From Setoptus koraiensis (lineage: Eukaryota; Animalia; Arthropoda): a DNA stretch of 64,000 bases. Location: assembly GCA_048013815.1 (NCBI GenBank), contig CM106585.1, positions 4,526,001 through 4,590,000 on the forward strand, given 5' to 3'. The position numbers were made by a program, and so were the translations under genes. Within the stretch, counting starts at the first letter, position 1; every line of letters starts with the position of its first letter. Below the pieces are notes generated by a model, which saw only the letters and a program-made list of their open reading frames with translations, ran no database searches and was not told the DNA's origin. Below are positions 58,996 through 64,000 of this stretch, piece by piece.

Positions 58996-61900
58996 GATTT
59001 CAACGAGTTCAGGTTTCAGGAAACAATTTTTTCTCGCTCGCAACCACAGCAACAACAACGGCAGCAGCGGCAAAAACGGCAACAACGGCAACAACAACGG
59101 CAACAACGGCGCTCTGTCCTGATTGCTGTGGGCCAATCTTATTTTCTTGATTATTGCTGCTTCGTTCTTTCGCTCTCTGTTCGTGCTGCTTGATCTCGTG
59201 ATATTTTGACTATTAATAATGGCCTCGCAACAACTCTGACATTATGTCGTTTCTTTCTTCGGAATGACTGAGGCGCTCCCCATTTACTGCCAATAGAGGC
59301 CATTATAAATCATGGCTCAACACTGGAAATATCACACACACAACCAATGATGTATTATTTTGTCTGTCTAGGCTACTGGTGCTCGCTGGCTAGTGCTTGG
59401 CTGCTGGTAGTGATACTGAGCTGCAATTGGTTGCAGTAACAAAATGCCGGCGCCGCCGCTGAAATGTCTCTACTATTGCTAGATTTGCTGGTTGGTGGAC
59501 TGCCGAAAATTCACTGTTATTGCCCAATGCGAGCGATCAGGCGATTGCCGTCAAGAGAATCTTTTTGCGCGCCCTTCGGCACCAATTATTTCCATTTTGT
59601 GAGCACAAGTTCATTTTGTTTGTCTGTTTCTATTATCTTTGTTGTTTCGGTGGCATTGATTGGTGGCTGGCCGCAAAATACGTCAAAAACGAAGTAAGTT
59701 GCGAGCACGACATTGGTGTTGTTGTTCGTCGGACTCTAATAAGCGCACTGCGTTATGTTTTGTTTGACGGCCTGAATACGTTTCGTTTTGGCGATTTTCT
59801 TCGTTATTCGTTCTTCGTTCTTCGTTCGTGTTCGTCACTGATGCGATGAGTGAATCTCGTTCGATTCGGGCGACATCTGGATGCTGATAAAGCGGAGCAG
59901 ATATTTCTTGTTGTTGCTGCTGCTGCTGGCCAGCCTGGCTAATTTGCTAATATTACCTTGCTAGTGTTGCACTAATGCTGCTGGCCGCAGTTATGCCGGT
60001 GCGCCGCTCTCTTCCGGTTTAAAATGCGCACCGAATTAGAACACACACACACGAGCCCCAAATACAGAGCTGGCCGGATTGTCGAGCGCCGGCGCCACTA
60101 TAACACTTTTGTGTGTGCTGTGTCGGTGTGTCGGCGGCACATAATGAACAATAATGCACAATGTTGACAATTCAAGCTGATCTGATTTGATCTATTTTCA
60201 CCTGGCCCCGTTGGGCGCCTCATCGGATTATCCGTCTGGCGTGCTCAAAGCCAATATATTAGCTGGACGTTAATTTTCGCCATTCGCTCGCATTTCTCGA
60301 TGTGTGCTCGCTATCTCTCAATAAATACGGTATGGTCGGCTGGCAACAATCTTTCAAACTGGTCCACTGTGTGGTGCTCTAGTCACTAATGTCATTATGC
60401 AGCGATCACCCGTCTTTCGGCATGCGTATATATATATTGTTTTCTCACCCTCGCGCTCTCTATCTCTGCTGGCATGTAACGAATTTGGGCACGCACATCA
60501 ATGGCATCACAATATTTGGCGCTTATTATCTCGTACTGCGTGCTCGTGGCTCGTGATGAAAACGTGATTTGTCGTCTGTTGCGCTGTTCGCTTCTTTCGC
60601 CCATCTGATGCCCACTCATTGCCGGCCGCGATTTCTGTTGCCGCAATCGCTTTCCCGTTCGCCCCAAAACAGATTGCGCCAGCGCATCAAATTGGGCACA
60701 AACAGGCACATAACAGGCTGCATATAGCGCCATCGGCGAGCTCGCTATCGCGCAATCGCCAAGCTCATCAACGTCATTGTTGTGCCCGCGTCGGTATATT
60801 GTTAGTGAGCATGCCATGCGTAACTGGCGCTGCTGTTTTCGGCTCTAGCTGGCTACAATCACTCAATTCAATCGCTTATTCGGAAATAGAATGAGCAAAT
60901 TCAAATGAATGGCCGAAAGCGCTTCAGCAATTGGCCTGCCCAACTAACAAGCTAGTGGCCAGCCTGACATTGCTGCATGGCTCGTGTATCACACGACTCG
61001 TATGGAGTGTTGTGATTTCTATTTTAATCTGATTGTATTTGCAGCTCAAATCGAGCTGAAATAATTGTGTAAGTGTGAACACTCATCAGCACACCGCTCA
61101 ATGCCGATTTCGGGTTGCAACGAGACACTTGTTCGGGCCAAACTGCCACGGAGCACAACGCGAAACTTGTTCGCAACTGTCTCTTAGAGTTTATTGGCGT
61201 TTTATCGCTCTTGCCAGGCTATCGCATTCTTCTTTTTCAGCCGAAAACTGCATATGAGCGACAACAAACGAAATAAGACCATTCTACAGCATTCAAAAAT
61301 TACACTCCGATTGCAGGAAAAAAAAACATCGTTTGGGAAAAAAATGAAAAATTGTAAAAATGAATTTACAATGTCGCCCACTTGGAATTTTGAAGTTTCA
61401 AGTCGGAAATTCAACAACAACGACCTTAGCGCCCATTCTCACCTGCCTGTCATGCTATTCTGTCGTTGCACCATTAAAAGTGGCTATAATCAAAGCCCCT
61501 TTTAATGAGTAGGCCTCTTATAAAGATAAACTCTTGCTCGCTCCAGAGAAGGCGCCCGATTCAACCAAAAGAGCCACCCTTTTAACATGCACTCACAGCG
61601 CTTTGTGAAAGTGCCCCAGTTAGCTAGTTTATAGAAGCAGCATGGCACAATTGAATAACCAGAATAGATAGAGAAATAGAATATAATAGAAGGTGGCTGA
61701 AAGGAAAACGCATTCGGTGAGTTCGGGAGTTACCAACAGCAGCCATATTTTGGCTGGTTGCGCGCACACATAGATAATGTGTGCAAGTAGAATTGTACAG
61801 ACAGGTACAATAATTTAATTAGGCCAATCGCAACAACTATCACACGAAATAAGTTCGTGCCGAGATTCTTGTTCTCTCAATGATGTGCTGTTGTGAAAAC

Positions 61901-64000
61901 AGTGAAAAGAACGCTTCGGGCTCGACGGCGAAATAATTCCGAAATAAAATGCAGACGCTATTTGGTAATCTGCTTTCGTTGTTGACTTTTCTCTGTTCGT
62001 GCATGCATTTCTAGTTAGCATTCCATGTCGCCCACTGTCTCGCTATGTCGCCTCAACAACCTGAGCACTCGACTCTCGTCGTGAGCTTGACAGTTATCTG
62101 TTAAAGTCACTCGACACTAGCCGAAATGTCTATCTCAGGTACGTCGCGTTTGCAATTGGAATTTTTTCATGTTGCGCTGTACCTTTTTGGGAAGACCATG
62201 CCACACAAACAACAGCTACCATTTCTCATCGATATTGACCCATTTATTAGTCGGATTTTATGATGCCTTCACGCGAATATTTTCCAATTTGAGCTTCTGG
62301 GTGTCAACCCAAAGACCTTGCAAGAAGCAACTGATTGATTTTGTGGCACATTTGTGAATTTAGGTTTCTTGTTGACAAGCTCTCTCTCTCTCTCTTTCCT
62401 TTCTGACATAGATATTTTGTGTTTGACAAGTTTGCAATTGACCACCGAGCACTGGTTGCAGCTTGTCTCTTGTTGACGACTGCCCAGAATACAAATTGCC
62501 CAGAATACAAACTGCAAGAGGTCGCACAATTGATCTGCGAGCGCCATCCAGATGCCGATGTTCCCGCTATCGGTCAGCCAGAAAAAGAAAATCTTTGTTT
62601 TGGGATTGCAGATTGGTCGCGCGCTGAATAACGCAGCCGATCATTTGAAGCGCTAGTATTTCTCAGAAGAGAAGCTAGCGATGAGTCGCTCGGCATTCAA
62701 ATCTCTGCTGATTCTGACTTGTGAGGCCTTCAAATCGCACACAATTTTTCTTTTTGGCTTTGAACATTTTTTCCCGCTCAAAATTAGATGGTCATTCTCT
62801 GCCATTGGTACCACCGAAGGTCCTCCACTGAAGACTGTTGACCCTGCCGAAGGTCAGAAAAAATGCTAACCCGAATCGTCTGATCACGATATGTTCACGA
62901 GAGCGATATTTCGAAGAATTTCCGTGGTCATCCAGACTTGAGTTTTTGCGACACAGAGGGAAAAATTTATTCACTAGCGGCCAGATGCTGCACTGGGTGC
63001 TATGTCTGCGCTCAATGCGTTCAGCAATGCCATCGTTATCAATGTTTATGATGGAATTATGAATATTGAACATGGGCCAGTTGCATTCAATTAATCGGGC
63101 CGAAAAAATAGGAGGATAATCGAAGCATGCGGCGAATGTGGCCCTGAATTAGATCCGAATTGTTTCGTGCGTATTGGCGTACACAACTATTGTCGACCTA
63201 ATGACGCCCCCATGATATATTGATTCATATCTCTTGCTTGTTTGTGTTAGTTTGATCCATGCGAGACACATGTACGCTACTTATAGCTGCTTATCGTCGT
63301 TGTTTGTCGTTGTTGTTGTTGTTGTTGTTGCTGTCTATTCTTTATGGGATCGCGAATTATCTAATACCGACACGGACGTATCATGAATCATATATTCATT
63401 CATCGCATATAAATATATAAATAAATACGAATTGAACTTTCATTTCTGTTCCATGTTTACAAATTGCTTTGTGCCAATCACCGAGTGTGCTCCCCCACTC
63501 ACTATTTGCGTTCGGCGCCGCCGCTGCCCCCAATGTAATGCCCCGCTCCGTCTAACGGCAACGTCTGCGCCCCGTTGCCTCGAACGGAATTAATCCCTTT
63601 CGAAATTCCAATCGATCGACTACATGTATTCCATAATTCTTCACTGGCGCGCACTTATAATGCCGTTATACCGTTAGCGAAGAGTAATTTGTTTAACAGC
63701 AACGCCAATGGCAGCCAGTGCAATGCGAGTGGGGGAGCAACTTTTCTAACGGCTCTCTTATTGTTGTTATTGCACCGTTTCTGTTGGCGTGGCTGCTTTG
63801 GGGGGCCCTATCGAGCCATAGATCAGCGGCAAGAGCAGCAGTTCAGCAGCAACTAAGCCCACGACCAGCGCACGACTAAAACAACGCACCTGAACACAAA
63901 TGATAAGCTAATTTCGGTGCAAAGCCAGCCCTGGGCCCTAACTGCTGGCACGACGCGCCAGTTAGATTAGAAATGACTAGCCGGTGTGTGTGTCCTCTTT

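Noticed and set aside
59400-64000. Small ORFs and isolated splice-like motifs at the right end
   Set aside because: No coherent exon chain or domain; probably regulatory or UTR-intron sequence.

Overview
Eukaryotic, compact, intron-poor arthropod-type DNA. The few short retained introns, precise loss of conserved introns and simple-repeat-rich regulatory deserts resemble eriophyoid mite genomes; this taxonomic call is an inference. There are two compartments. Repeat-rich, gene-poor ends carry Mef2 (1-~9 kb, minus strand, running off the window) and a giant orphan class A GPCR (53.4-58.8 kb). A gene-dense core (11-50 kb) carries a Loqs/TRBP-like dsRBD protein, Rpn13/ADRM1, a HAD-IIA phosphatase, two Maelstrom paralogs, a CTTNBP2NL-like gene, a luciferase/4CL-like acyl-CoA ligase, a fatty acid synthase-type megasynthase, an NRF-6-like acyltransferase-3 protein and BBS9. 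The main discovery candidate is at 25-42 kb, where the ligase, the FAS-like synthase and the acyltransferase are adjacent. The synthase sits in a 10.7-kb cassette flanked by ~883-bp direct repeats made of the 3' ends of the two neighbouring genes. All its catalytic residues look intact, but its acyltransferase domain has Ile in place of the conserved malonyl-binding Arg and ALHN in place of AFHS. Together this suggests a recently assembled, potentially excisable animal biosynthetic gene cluster for an unusual lipid or polyketide. No rRNA, tRNA or CRISPR features were recognised. Splice sites were placed by eye and identities are estimates.
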